From: Marsupella aquatica
Taxonomy: Eukaryota; Plantae; Marchantiophyta
Reading direction: 5' to 3'
NCBI GenBank assembly: GCA_973895155.1
Contig: OZ316892.1
Span: 19,353,769 to 19,417,768 of the forward strand
Length of the DNA: 64,000 bases
The first letter of the stretch is position 1, and each line of letters begins with the position of its first letter. Under the pieces are notes generated by a model. That model ran no database searches and had not been told where the DNA came from. It was given only the letters and a program-made list of their open reading frames with translations. Shown here piece after piece: positions 1-13,200 of this stretch. Made by a program: the position numbers and the translations under genes.

Positions 1-154
1 TCCGCGCCGCCACTATCAACATTAGGGTTATCTTATGCTAATTAATTAGAATACATTGACATGAGTGTATTCTATTTGTAAAACCAATTTCCGTGCTTTA
101 GGTTCAAGGTCAAGTGTCGTCTTTTGTGGGGGTTCTAGGTAGGATCGACGTTTT

Positions 155-540
155 GCGTGGTTTTACGGAGGTTTTGTGCAGAGGCTGGTTTACTCTTGAC
201 GACGAGCCATTTTGCTGATGATCGTGCTAGTTGACGATTGTGGTGGTTGATGATTGTGTTTCTTTCGTGGCTTTATGGAGGTTTTGGGCAGAGGTGTGGT
301 TGACTGTTGGCGGCGGGACATTTTGGAGACAATCGTGCTGGTTGATGTTTTTGTTGGGCGTCGTTTACTACTAGCGGCGGGCCATTTTGCTGTCGATCGT
401 GCTGGTTGACGATTGTGCTGGTTGATGATCGTGTTTCTTTTGTGGCATTACGGAGGATTTGGGCAGAGTTATCGTTGACTATTGGTGGCGGGCCATTTTG
501 GAGATGATCGTGCTGTTGACGATTCTGCTGGTCAACTTTG
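155..540. repeat. Degenerate minisatellite (~175-bp period with internal sub-repeats)
   Basis: The block GCCATTTTG...GATCGTGCTGGTTGACGATT...GGAGGTTTTGGGCAGAG recurs near 205, 320, 381 and 492. Confidence 0.7.
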
Positions 541-1484
541 CTCAATTATGGCAAGTTCCATTTCACTGCAGTGATCACTTTCGGTATTGATTTCCTGGCG
601 AACCTGTGGAAATCAATCACCTAGATTGAAGTTCTCTTTCTGTTTCAACCTTCTGTTTTCATTTTCCTGCATGATACGAGTGGATCAATGGGCAATCAAT
701 ATGCTTGCTCAGTAGGGAGGATTCTAGCCAGGAGTCCAGGTCTGGAGTACCATGAGGCACAATGCAAGGAACTGAACCATGTAGGGGATGGGAGGGGAAG
801 ATAATACGAGCTTAGTGGTATGATAATTTGCTTTCTTACATCTAAATTTTCTCAACTTCTCTTGTTGGTTTGGTCTAGCTATCATCTGAATCACCTCTTG
901 TTGTGCTCTTCTTCATAATAATGCAGATCATTTGCATAGTCTTCCCAGTTCTTATGCAATTTTTGATCACCATCACATCGATGTCTTCTGGTTCTGCTGC
1001 ATAGTTTCAATACTACATGGATAACAGTGTAGGGAAGTCCTGCTTTCATTTGGCAGTTGAATCCTGTCCTTGAATTTGTGAATGAAGTTTCCTCTCAGGA
1101 TTTTGTGGTTGCCTGCAAGCTCTAGGCAAAGTGGACTTCATGACAGGGATTGATCTGCGTCTGACTTGAAGGGGGAGATTCTCAGTCGAAGCACTAGGTA
1201 TGACTGATTGCATCCTAACTTTACAAACATTGTCTGCATGTCAACAAATGTTGTGCATGTTTTGAATACCATGACATGGATGTCTGCGAGTTCTTCTACT
1301 CTCTTTGAATACCATGACATTTGTGTCTTCTAAAGTTGCTTATCTATTGAAGTCGTCGGCATGAGTGTAGGGACCGCTCTGCTTCCATTAAGGAGTGGAA
1401 AGCAATACAGGCTGAAGGGCAAGGTCATAGGCTGGAGAGGTTGAGTTCAATTTTGAGCCCAACCAAGGTTCATGCTCAGTTTCC

Positions 1485-4400
1485 ATGGCACCACGAATGA
1501 GAAGAATTTGCGTAGCAGAGGAAGAGAATCACTTCCGACATCGTGTCGATGCTGAAGGCAAGCATGTGTTTGTCTGCATAGTTGGTGATCACAAGCCTCG
1601 ATCATTTTCTTCCTTTGCTGGTTTCCAGACCCACATGGACGTCACACACAAGTTGGAGTTGCCACCTGCATTACTGGAGGCAAGCAAACCTTGGTTGTTC
1701 TCAAAATCCAACTTCTCCACTCGGATTGCCAAGAAACATAAGGCCCCTGGGCCAAATGTGAGGAAGGACAACAATCAGGCCTCTTGGAACCGACTTCAAT
1801 CCACTGTGCAACTCGGTGGAGACAGACTAAGTTGCGGAAGAAGACAATGCTAAAGAAGAAGTATGGTGTTGCTGTAGATGAGCCGCTTGTTCCTGCAAAA
1901 TTGTTGCTTATTCGTGTCATCAAGGAAGTGCACATATGTGCAGGGCAGGCTAATGGTTGGTCATCCTTGTTGGATGACAGTGTGTACAAGATGTTGCAAG
2001 ACTCTGTGTCAGCTGCTGCAATTTCTCCTATTCTGTCTCACTGGGTTGCTTCAATCTGAGCTTTGCCGGTACTCCTACCTAGAGATCGTAAGTTGCAGGC
2101 ACTTCAATTAGATTGTAGTGTCCTGCCATGCATTTTCCCCCGGGCAGTGTGGAGGTGCAACCTCCCGAGCTGATGTAGTTTGATACAATTTGAGAGGCTC
2201 TCATTGCAGATGCCTTGAATTACTTGACTCAGAAAAGAGCGCTTCTGCAGTGGAAGCATGGCCCCAAAGAAGTGGACTTCGATGCTACATACCAAGATTA
2301 CAAGGAGTGGAAAGAAGAGCAAAAGCCTGTCAGCATAGCCACAACCACTAACAATTTGCTATAGGAATACAAAGGTCGGGGGCATGACCACTGAAGCTGC
2401 ACGAATAGAGGTATGACCTTTTTATTTTACTTCCTACAATCTTTGCTTGTTGTTTGTGCATTCCATTCTCATCTTGTCCCAACCATGTGCAGGCTGGACT
2501 AAATGAAGAGTGGGAGGACACTTCTGACGATAGTGACTGTGAGCCTGGGCTTGAGAAGTGGGGTTTGTTGCTAAATGATGCTGATAAACAGCTAGATGAG
2601 CCAGACGTTGTATCTAAACCTGTCCTCAATACTTCAGTTGAGGACCCGCCTCTTGTATAAGATCCTATTCAGGTTCCTTCTCATGTTCAGGACGATGAAG
2701 ACAATGATCATCAGAATCCTTCTCATGTTGAGGATGTTGACCATCTTATTGAGCATCCTGTTCATGATCCTATTTAGGATCCTATGACCATCCTGTTCAG
2801 GATGATGAAGACAATAATCATCAGAATCCTTCTCATGTTGAGGATTTAGACCATCTTATTGAGCATCCTGTTCATGATCCTATTCATGGTCCTATTGACC
2901 ATCCTGTTCAGGATCCCATTGACAATCCTATTCAGGATGTTTATGAACAAGGAATCAACTTTTCACAACAGTGTCACTTGGTTTCAAGCCTCCAAAATAC
3001 TCTTTACGCCTATGGAGAGGGAGAGGACGGCTACCCCCTCCAGGTCAATCTTTGTTTCTTTGCTTCAATTACTTTTGGAATTTCTTTGCAAATTGTGAAT
3101 ACATGAGCCTCATCGTATTCGGATGCTCCTTGTGTTCATTGCAGGAAGGAGGAGTATCGGAGACTATCTCAAAGTTTGTAGCACCACCAACCCCTACACT
3201 AGAGACTCTACTCCCAGACTTCATAGCGCCAGTCGCAGCAACAGCACCAGCCCCTGTACTGTGTATATTAGTCTCGGAGTCCTTACCACCACTTGCACCA
3301 ACACCACCATCCATTGCACCATAGATTGTACTATTAGAGTCGGTACCAGTAGCAGTAGCACGACCACCACCAGCAGCCCCTACACCAAAGATTGTAAGTC
3401 TCTAAAGTGCAAACTTGGAAGTCATTCAATTGCAATCTAGTCTGAATACTTAAACCCCAATGTCTTTTTGAACACTCCCCTAAGCATTCATTTCATATAT
3501 TATAGGGACAAAGACGAAGGGGAAGGGGTGTACCACTGGAGTCCCCATCCCCAGTACAGAAAGCAGCACCATCCCCTCCAATGTCAACAAACCCCTTCCA
3601 GGTTTGCCTTTGTGTTTTTTGTAAAAAAATATGTTTGCAATGCTTTGCAATGTCTGAATAGAGCTGCCACATTGTCTTTGCCGTGCACTGCAATTTCTTC
3701 ATTCTAGAGACGGAGCGGAAGGGCAAGTGGAGGCATTGTAGCAGTGGAATCACCAGCACCAGCCCTCGCACCACGGATTATAAGTCTCAAAAGTGCTTAC
3801 TTGGAAGTTGTGCAATTGCAATCTAGTCTAAATACTTCAACCCCAATGTCTTTTCACTCCCAGGTTTGCCTTTGTGTTTTTGGTAAAAACATTTGTTTGC
3901 AATGCTTTGCAATGACTGAATATATTTGCCTAATTGTCTTTGGTGTGCACTGCAATGTCTTCATTCTAGAGACAAAGCGGAAGGGCTCATGGAGGGGTTG
4001 TAGCAGTCAAATCACCAGCACCAGCCCTCGCACCACAGATTGTAAGTCTCAATTGCTTACTTGGAAGTTTGAATACATCACCCTAATTGTCTTCTACGTG
4101 CACTACAATTTCTTCATTCTAGCCCGTGCACGGGAAAGAAATTTGATATAGGTCAGCCTGGTTTGCCTTCCTGTACAAGGCCACATTCCTTTCTATTCAT
4201 ATTACTTTGTAGGGGTTAAATACACAACCCTTGGTGTATTCAAGTCACTTAATGATATTCTCCATTGTAGAGAGGAAGTAGAAGGGGAAGGGGTGTATCA
4301 GCGGTGCCCCCAAAACCAGCAGCAGCACCAACACCGACAAGCAACCCCTCCCAGGTATGTCTTTATGTACCAGGCTAATTTCCTTATCAAACTGCTTTGC

Positions 4401-5455
4401 AGGGAGTGAATACACAACCCTCACTGTCTTCTATGTCAATTAATAATTTTGTTCATTGTAGGGAGGAAGACAAAGGGGAAGGGATGTGTCAGCAATGTCC
4501 TCAGCACCAGTGGCACTAGCAATCCCAGTACCAGCAACCAACCCCTCCAAGGTACGCCTTTGTGTCTTAGGCCACATAATTGAATTCCTTCTCATCAGTG
4601 GCGTCCAATTGTTGAGTAATGTGAATACCTCTTTGTCAATGTCTTTTGATGTTGCTTTGGATTGTAGGAAGGGCAACAACGGGAAAAAGCAAGCAAAAGG
4701 CGAAAAGGAAAGGGAAATTTGGTGGAGCAATCCCTTGCACCTACCCCAACCCCTATCCCAACAAATGAACACTCAGCCCCTGCCCCTGTAACAACACCAA
4801 CACATGCACCTGCCGGTATCCCTGGACCACCACTAGCACATGCCCCTACACCAGGACCAGCACAAGCACCAGCCCCTATACCAGTGCCAACACCAGGCCC
4901 TGCACCGGCTACGAACTCCTCACAGGTATGCCTAAGGGTGCAGCAGCAAAATTCCTCTGCTTCATTGTGGAATGTGAATACCTCTTTGTCCATGTATTCT
5001 AATGTCTTTGTGGGTTGTAGGTACCACAAGGAGGAGTTGCTTTGTCCTTAGTACCTGTTCCTGTCTCAAGGAAGAGGAAGGAGGCCTCTAAATCAAGCAA
5101 GGGTATGAGCCAGGCATTACAGGTTGTTTCTCTATTGGCAGTCAACCCCAAAACAAAAGTTGTGTTTTTGCACCCCAAAGATGATGACTTAGCAACATCA
5201 GAAGTTGAAGACAGAGTGAGAGGCAAGCCAAAGCGAAGTAAAAGTGCGACAAGTAGAGGGGGGGGGGAAGGGAGAGGAAGAGGAGCACCTTCTACTCAAC
5301 CAACTCCCTTGCATGAAATCCCACTAGGTGATGGTGACAATGTAGACACATTTGGGCCATCACAACTTTTGCATGACTCCCAAATGACTGCTTCACAAGA
5401 TACATTCAGGGAGGTTATTGACCAACTCCCGCACCCTTCCAAGTATGTTAACTGA
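1485..5455 (+). pseudogene. Decayed multi-exon gene: C2H2-like N-terminus, acidic repeat, Pro/Ala/Thr-rich tandem exons; probably TE-borne
   Basis: ATG at 1485; FVCIVGDH...F..H....H resembles a zinc finger. A frameshift and several stops follow. Repeated GT..AG introns of ~100 bp lie between 3040 and 5020. Confidence 0.4.
2660..2940. repeat. Tandem repeat (~107-bp unit built from 12-bp GATCCTATTCAG/CATCCTGTTCAT subunits)
   Basis: GATGAAGACAAT..CATCAGAATCCTTCTCATGTTGAGGAT..GACCATCTTATTGAGCATCCTGTTCATGATCCTATT occurs twice, plus extra 12-mers. Confidence 0.85.
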
Positions 5456-5874
5456 GCATGGACACCCTTCCCGTTTGCTACTAAGCCATTTTTGTGGTAG
5501 CTTCAATGGTCTTTAGATGCAAGAAGCTTGAGGTAGCTTCAGATACAATGTAGCTTCATTGGAAGGCAAGGAGGCCCATGATACAGATCTACACTGCAAG
5601 GTCACAACTCGACTTGCAACTTGTACTGGAAACATTTATGAATAAAAAGCAAGTTGATTCACTATGTTCTGATGTATAAAAGTTATTCATTCTGCTGGAT
5701 ACTACCTTTAGTTTGTACCTTCAATTTTGGAAGACATTGTCCACATTGTCTTTGAACCACACTTAGCCATTTTTCCAATGATAGGATATTTTGCTTCAAG
5801 AAGCCATTTGAGCAGGGGTAAATGGTGGATGTTGTGGGTTTTGGAAGACATTGTCCATATTGTCTTCGCACCAC

Positions 5875-6035
5875 TGTGGTGCGTTTCCCAACCCTCTAAC
5901 CCCAAGAACAATCCACAACCGGCTATGAACCCCTACTTATGGTCGGCTTACATGATGGTTTGGCTGTCATTCGGCTTGGAAACGCGATCTACTCTCGATC
6001 CACACTATGTTGGACCAATTCTTTCACTGGGCTTG
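5875..6035 (-). mobile_element. Fragment of the 3' end of a family-B LTR
   Basis: Aligns with 20362-20520 (TGTGGTGC.TTTCCCAACCCTCTAACCCCAAGAAC...CTTTCACTGGGCTTG). Similarity stops abruptly at 6035. Confidence 0.85.
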
Positions 6036-9000
6036 ACTTAGTGAAATACCTAGTACAACCCATCGTTGGAATCGCAATGTGATCGGTGCACCGCTGTCAT
6101 GAGGTTTCCATCCTAAAGGAGGAATCCTCATGTTTTGTGAAGGAAGTTGAAACCAATTTTGCTTCTAACTTGGGCAAGTTGACTTGACTTGAGCTAACTT
6201 GACCAAGGTGAAGGAGGAAGTAGAGTTATGAGGGTCAAGGTAGGGATGAGGTCGAGCCTACCCACCCTTGTTACTATTGTGGGGTATGTTTTTCATTTGT
6301 GACCAGCGATTAAGTTATCATTTGGCGGATTGGCGGAATGGAGGTTGCTTGCTCAACAAGCAAGGTATTTAGGGTTTTGGCAACATGGTGACCAGGTTCA
6401 TTGAATACATGGAGGAGGTGACCAGGTTCAAGGCATGTAAGAGGGTTTGGTCCAAGTGCATCAGTTTTGTGAGATTTGGACCAGATTCAGATTTTTGTGT
6501 TAAATGGACCAGATTCAATGTATCTACTTCAACGGTGGATCTTGGTTTTGGTTAATGGATGGTTTGGATTGAAGGTGGAGATGTGAGTTAGGGCTTGGTG
6601 GAGGTCGTGGCTTTTTCAAAAAGGTCGAAGCTCTTTTGGTTTGCAAGTTACTAAGGAGGGGTTTTTTTGGCTCATTTTTGGCCGTTTGATCTAATTGGTG
6701 TGAGATCGAGGGCTGTGATTCAACGAGGATTAAAACCATAAGTGGAGGGGCTTGTGGGTGCCCTGGGCCTTCCCACGTGGGTACTAAAGGAGGAAGTTCG
6801 AGTGGCCAAGGGTTCGGAGGTTAGATGCTGCTGAAGTGCTGCCGTTTTGCCGTTTTGGAGTGTTAAGTCCCATTTTTTTGTTGTAGGAGCGAACCTCTTG
6901 AGGGGAGCTCGAGCATGAGGCATGAGTGAAGGGGGAGCCCTCCTCCTTGGCCATGGCCTTAGGATTTTGAGGGTAGGAGATGTAGAGGCAATTTTGTGAA
7001 GAGATAGATGGAGTAGAAGCTTTGAATGTGAAGAGATTGAGTTTTGTGACGGTTTTTCTAGGGATTTGGAGAGAGGTTTCGAATGTAGGAGAGGCTGACT
7101 CGAAGCCTTAGGAAGGAGGTAGGATGTGAGTAGGAAGTATAAGGAGCTTGCATGAGAGATTGCCCACAAGAAGGCATACTCGAATATAGGTTTGTTGCTT
7201 CAAGTTTTGAGGAGAATGGACTTGTAGGAGATTTTTGAAAGCTTAGAGGAGATGAGCCCTAATCTTGTTGAAGCTTGGGAGTCTTGCATTAGAGATGGCT
7301 CACTAAGAAGGCCTACTCTCTTGTAAACTCCTTGACTTGAAGCTTCGAAAGTAGATTTGGTTGATAGAAGGAAGTATGAGAGAAGGAGACTAGGGTTTTG
7401 AAGCTTGGATAGGCTATGGAGGGATTTTGAATGCTTGGTTGATGATTAGACTTGGTGATGATTCATTTTTGCTAGGAGGGTCTTGCTTGTGACCCATGTT
7501 TTTACTTGGAGGCCATGATGCTACATGTGCCTTCTTGCTATGCATTTAGAGGAGAGGTATCCTCATTTTTGAGATGTGTGTTGATGCCTTGCTTTGGCTA
7601 TGAGTGATGGAATGGTTAGAATGAATGTCTTCATGCCATTTTCGAATGTTGTTGTGAGCTTGAAGGTGTTTTTGAAAGTAGATGGGTTGGATGAAGGTAC
7701 TTTCAAAAGTAGTTATTATGCATGAGGGAAGTTGCAAGAGTAAAGAGTGAAGGCATTTTCGATTGATGGAATGGGTTGTTTGTGGATTGTACTTGGTGGT
7801 TCTACTAGAGGAAGGGACTAAGGTCAATTCCATGTTTGTTAAGGAGTTTGTTGACCAACCCTAGGTCACTTTTCAAAAGTAGTTTTCCATGTTTCAACAG
7901 TTGGATGTTTGAATGGTGCATAGAGATGCCTTGCATACCTTTGGATGTCCCACTTGTCTTAGCCACAACCAAGAGTGACCCTTAACTTGACCACATTGAT
8001 GTAAGCTTGAACTTGTGTACCTTAGAGGGTTGCAAGGGATTGTGTGCAATCAAGTGTTGGAAAAGGAATGGTGACCAATTGAATGTTGGGCTTAGACTTG
8101 TGAGGATTACATTGGGAAGCTTGAACTAGTTATTTTGATTGTGATTGGATATGAGTATGTAAATGGCTTGAGTTTCGAAAGCATGCTTGCTTGCTTATGA
8201 TGATGTGGATGAAAGGTTAGGGTAGATACTTTGTCTTGTTTGCAACCATTTCCTATCTCAAGCAGCCATACACCCTGCGTGTCCCTTGAGGCCCTTTCCC
8301 ACCTCTTTGCTTATCCTCAGGACACCGCGTTGCTAACTCCAGTGGCAATATCCTCGCCAAAAAAGAAACAAAAAAAGTGATCGTTCGGCGCACGAAATCT
8401 TTTCTGGATGGCCAAAAAACAACTCTCTATTTTTTGGGAATAATCCTGCATAGTCAAACAGGGCTCATAGGGGGCCGTTCCCCCTGTCCAAGCGGTTAAA
8501 GTGCCGGGTCACCGGGCCCGAGGAGAGCCAACCAAAAGAGCCGAGAGGAATTGAAAGTTTAAAAATTGGCCCTGAAAAGGGGGGTTTAAGCCCCTTTAAA
8601 CAAAAATATGCCCAAAACGCGCAGACAAGGTACAAGGTATTCGTGTGGGATATAGAAGGGCACGGGGGTGAGTTGGCGGCCGTCGGTGCAGGCGTAGGCG
8701 CGGCCGGCTGCAATTGCCAGTGGTGTGCGGGGTCGCGACCGGGGGCCACAGCCCGTGGCTTGCAGATTGCCGGTGGCAAGGAGCGCGCAGGCGGGGATGG
8801 GGCGGTGAGGCGCACAAAGCGTCGGCCGGAGCTGCGTAGCCCGCCACGGTTGCGGCATCGACCAGGTACACAGGAGGGGGGAGTGCGACAGTATGTAGGC
8901 CGGGACGGGTGTAAACGTGTGTATAAACACACAAAACGCCCTTAAACCCCTCTAAAAGCAAAAGATGACCCCAACCCCAAAAATTTGAGTTCTCACCTTA

Positions 9001-10262
9001 ATAGCCGCTATTTAAAATGAGAAAAGCAATGCCACCGACGGGAAAAGTTGCCGAATTGTACCGGCACAGTCTACAGCTCCAGCCCCTAGGCAGTGGTGGA
9101 CCTAGCCACCCAGCGCCCTCACCAATCCTAGCACTTGCGCATAAGTGCCCTTGGTGCCCGAACGCCTCCACGGAATACCTCAAGCAAGCATCCAAGTGCC
9201 TCTAGCACCACCTGCGGCCCCTCCCATACAAAGCCGCACTTGCTCACCTACACGACCGCTACTCAACGGTCCTCATTGTCTGCACAAGCAACCAAGCACC
9301 TCGGTAAGTAACCCCTCCGGATCTAGAACTTGCTAAGTCTAGCATCCTAACTCAAGCTCAACAGACGTTGGTAAATAGGTCAGCGATAGGTCCTCCCGAT
9401 GCCATAAGCCGGAACCAGAACCCACGCTCACTGTCTGTCTAGGACAACTCCGTCCTTGGGCGCGGCCCGGATTCCCCCTCGTACCTATCCATCACCAACT
9501 GACCGCCTTGACTTCAGGACATGCTCATGGCCCAAATAGCGTAGCTTGTCCTAAAGCTTGTCTCAACACGCCGGGACCAGAACGGCCCCGACTCTAACAC
9601 CCACTCTCGGTTCGCCCCACTGATGGTCTAGGGACCGAGCACCCGTGGGACTCAGCCTCCATACCTACTTCGCCTTGCCTCCCCAACTCAAGCTCCCTTG
9701 GGAGGCTGAACGCGGCTTGGCTGCTGTTCGGCAGGATTTGGCAAGCTCTAACACCCGCAAATCATGAGAACCCATGGCACCCCCAGACCTAGCTGAGCTC
9801 AAGAGGGCGTAGCCCTCTTCAAGAGCGCCCTAACGCACCTAAGAAGTCCCCCAACGGACTTTCCGTTGGGAAGATATGGTCATTTCCGTTTGGCAGTTTC
9901 CCTTAGTGTCGCGATCGCAGCGGTTCACGACTTCGGCTCGGCCATAGCCCCCAGGGAGACACCACTCCCCTCATATATACTTTTGGAGACCTGCCACCCC
10001 CGGACCAACTTTGGTCCCTAAACATTTGGCCCCCAACCCGGATCCCATCGCGCATAATGGGCGCGCCACCAACTGGCAACGCCCATAACTCTCTTGATAG
10101 GCATCCGCAAGCGGAGTGCCTTAGCCCGTTGTGACCGGGCCGACCCCATGCTCATGCCTAGGCCCTCAGGTCTGATTTCTGCTTGGGACCCCCAACCGGC
10201 CCATCCCGGATCGGGCCACAACTTGCGCCCCAAGCGTCCGTTGCCAATGGCGTCAACTCCAT

Positions 10263-13200
10263 TGTGGTGCGTCCCATGGCTCCCTAAACCCAAGAAACCC
10301 CCCAGCTCAAGCCGATTCCCGCAGGTTTCGTGCTTGGCGAGGCCGTTTCCGCGGCTTAGCGGCATGGGACGCTGCTAACCTTCTACTACTACTATTAACA
10401 TTTTACACACATATACTGGACAGATCCTTCATCGGGTCATGAGATACGTAGCCGGCCTAATATAGGCCTTCCCCTGTCTTCCCCTGTCTTCCCCTCCGTC
10501 TTGTTAGGTATGTTTGGATTCCGCCGCCGGAATGATCCCCAATAGGCTTGGTTAAGCCGCTAAGACCTCTCTCAGCTCGACACATCCAACTCTCACTCCC
10601 CTGCTTACTTTCCTTCCTTCTGTTGATGTGGGCACTCTTCACACAAGTTAATGCGACACACAAATAGCAAAATGACTCATTCTGACTGAGTCATACCATG
10701 CACTTGCCATACAAACAGTACATCTCATACACAAGTTCTGCGAACTAAGCCGTGAGGCCAACTCTATTCAGCTCTTAGGCATGAGGAAACATGAATATAC
10801 ACAAGGGTCACTGTATGACTAACCGAGAGCTTCTCGTACTACTTGATCCCAGCCCGGCTGGTGCAAACTAAAAACTTGCTAAAGAAGAGGCCCTGAGCTC
10901 CCCGCTGCCCAGGTACTTATCCTGGTAGTGGATCCGCCATTCTTTGCATCGTAAGCCTAATCTACTTAACAGTAATCTACTTGCCCGAATCTACCTATGT
11001 ACAGCAAGGCAGGAGCACAAGTGTTGCTCCTACCAGTGGGACCGCAATCCCACTAAGCTAAGTGTCAGGGCCACTCCTGGTTCTGATCCTAATCCTAAAC
11101 GTGGAGATCCGTGCCCGCCCTGCCCACTCACGCCTCCTCCCTCCACGTCCGCCCTCCCTAAAAGGAACGGCGCCCTTGCACCGTCACGACACCGGTGGTG
11201 GATCCTCAATGGACGCCCCCAATACTTCCTCCTCAGCCACTGCCGTTGGCCCGCCTACTGACAGATTACCTGCCCTTGACCGAGTCAACTCTCCATCGGC
11301 CTGACTGGGTCCACCTCCGGCTTCAGCCTCGACACCGGCCTCGGCAATACCCACGGCTTCGGCCTCAGCCACTCCCACGGCTTCGGCTTCAGCCAACCCC
11401 ACGGCTTCGGCTTCCCCTTCCCCTAGGGTAGTTGGATCCTTAGCCGTGACCCTGTCTGGGGTCGGTGCTGGGTCTACCTCCTTGATCACCACGGCCTGTG
11501 AAGTCGTATTACTCCTTGACCCTGAAGGTTTCCGCTTCTTCTTTGTTGGTGGCTCGGCAGCTGGTCCCTTCCCCTTCCCACTTACCTCCGGCACTGGTGC
11601 AGGTGGCGCGGCTTGTCCTTCGGCAATTACCACCCCTGGTAACTGGTTTGTCCCAACAGGAGATGGACCTGCTGCAGCTAAGCATTTAAATACTGTGGCT
11701 TGTTTCTTCAGCCGCTCTGTTTGGTTGTCGGCCCGCCGCTGTAGGTTCTCCATCTTCCTCGTGATTTCCTCCAACTCCTCTTGGGTTTCATCCAGGTCCT
11801 TACGTGCCCCCTCCAGCTCGTTTTTGGCCTCCTCCTGCTCCCTGTGGGCTTCCTCCAATTCCTTCTTCAAGGTAGCCCTCTCCTCCTGGGTTGCTCTTAG
11901 CTCCTTGTCGAGCTCTGCAATGATGACAGACTCCATCTGGTTCATCTTGGCGTAAGTCTGTTCGAGCATCTCGTCCTTCTCCCTTAGGTCGGCCTTGAAG
12001 CTGGCCGTCAGGGACGCAAGCTCCTGCTGCAGCGCCATAATCCCTTGATAGGATTTCCCTAACTCGACCTCCTTCTGCTCAAGGGCTCCGCGGATTTTCT
12101 CGAGCTCCCCTTTCAACGCCCATTCCTTTCTTTGGGTCTCCGCCATGGCCCGGCTGTTGGCTGTTATGTGGGCCTCCTCTGTATTCTTCAGCTCTTGCTT
12201 CCACTTTTCCCTTTCCTTGATCGTGTCGGCCAACTCTTCCTGCGTCTGAGTCAGTTTATCCTTGATATTCTGATTATCAGCCTGCGCGGCGTCCAACTGC
12301 CCCTGCATGATGTTCAGCTCATGTCGTTTAATCCGCAGTTCATCTTGGGCTTTCTTGGCCGCCCTTAGATCTTCAATCTCGGCTTCCATCCTCCTAAGCC
12401 GCCGAATGACCTCGTCCTTCTTGCTTCTCTCTAAAGCCACCGCTTCTTCTAATTGGTGCTTCTCCAACTGCTCCCTATGGAAAAAGGGTCCTACCTCCAA
12501 CTCCTCTCCAAAGATGCCGAGCGCAAGTTCCCCACACATCTCACCATACTCCATGGCTCTATTCTTAGCGTAGGTGGAGTAAGTAGAAGTGATCGGCATC
12601 GCCCATCGTGGCCTCTGCTCCCAAGCCGTCCTGCGGATCTCTTCAATCGTGGCTAGAGGTTTGCTTCCTTTTTCGGCTAGCCGCCTGATGTCCTCCGGCC
12701 AATCTCCTCCTGGTAAATCCTTTTCCTTAGCCAGGGCGGCCTCTTCCTCCTGCTTGATTCGCTCCTGAAATTCCTGCACCGTCTGTTTTATGCCGTCGAA
12801 GCTCGGGGGAGCAACATCTGGTGGGGGAGACTCAGGGCTACTCTGCTGGTTGGGGTCCCCTCGCACTACCCTTGGAAGTGTGGGGACAAACCGGCCACAG
12901 GTCCTTACTCCTGGAACGTGATGGTCCGACCCATAGCCGGAATTATCATGGCTGCAGTCCTCCACTGCCTCCTCTACCTCTTGGACGTCCGGCTTCTCCC
13001 TCTCCTCTTCGTTGGTAGGAGCTTCAGGCAATTCTGCCTCAAATTCGGAGCTTGAGGTTCCCACGTACATTCGAACACCTGGCTTGGATTCCGGCCTGAT
13101 TCTCTCCTTGTCTCCAGCAAAGGGGTTTTCTTTTGTGAGCCGGTGTAGGCCTACCTCTGTAGTAGTGTCCTGCATTGTTGCCGTTGCCGTTGTTGTTGCC

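Noticed and set aside
6300-7170. Copia-type gag remnant on the minus strand (EPGH repeats)
   Set aside because: Too degenerate; no complete CCHC knuckle or downstream pol motifs.
8465-8961. Overlapping 100-155 aa ORFs
   Set aside because: GC-rich patch open in many frames, with no recognisable motif.
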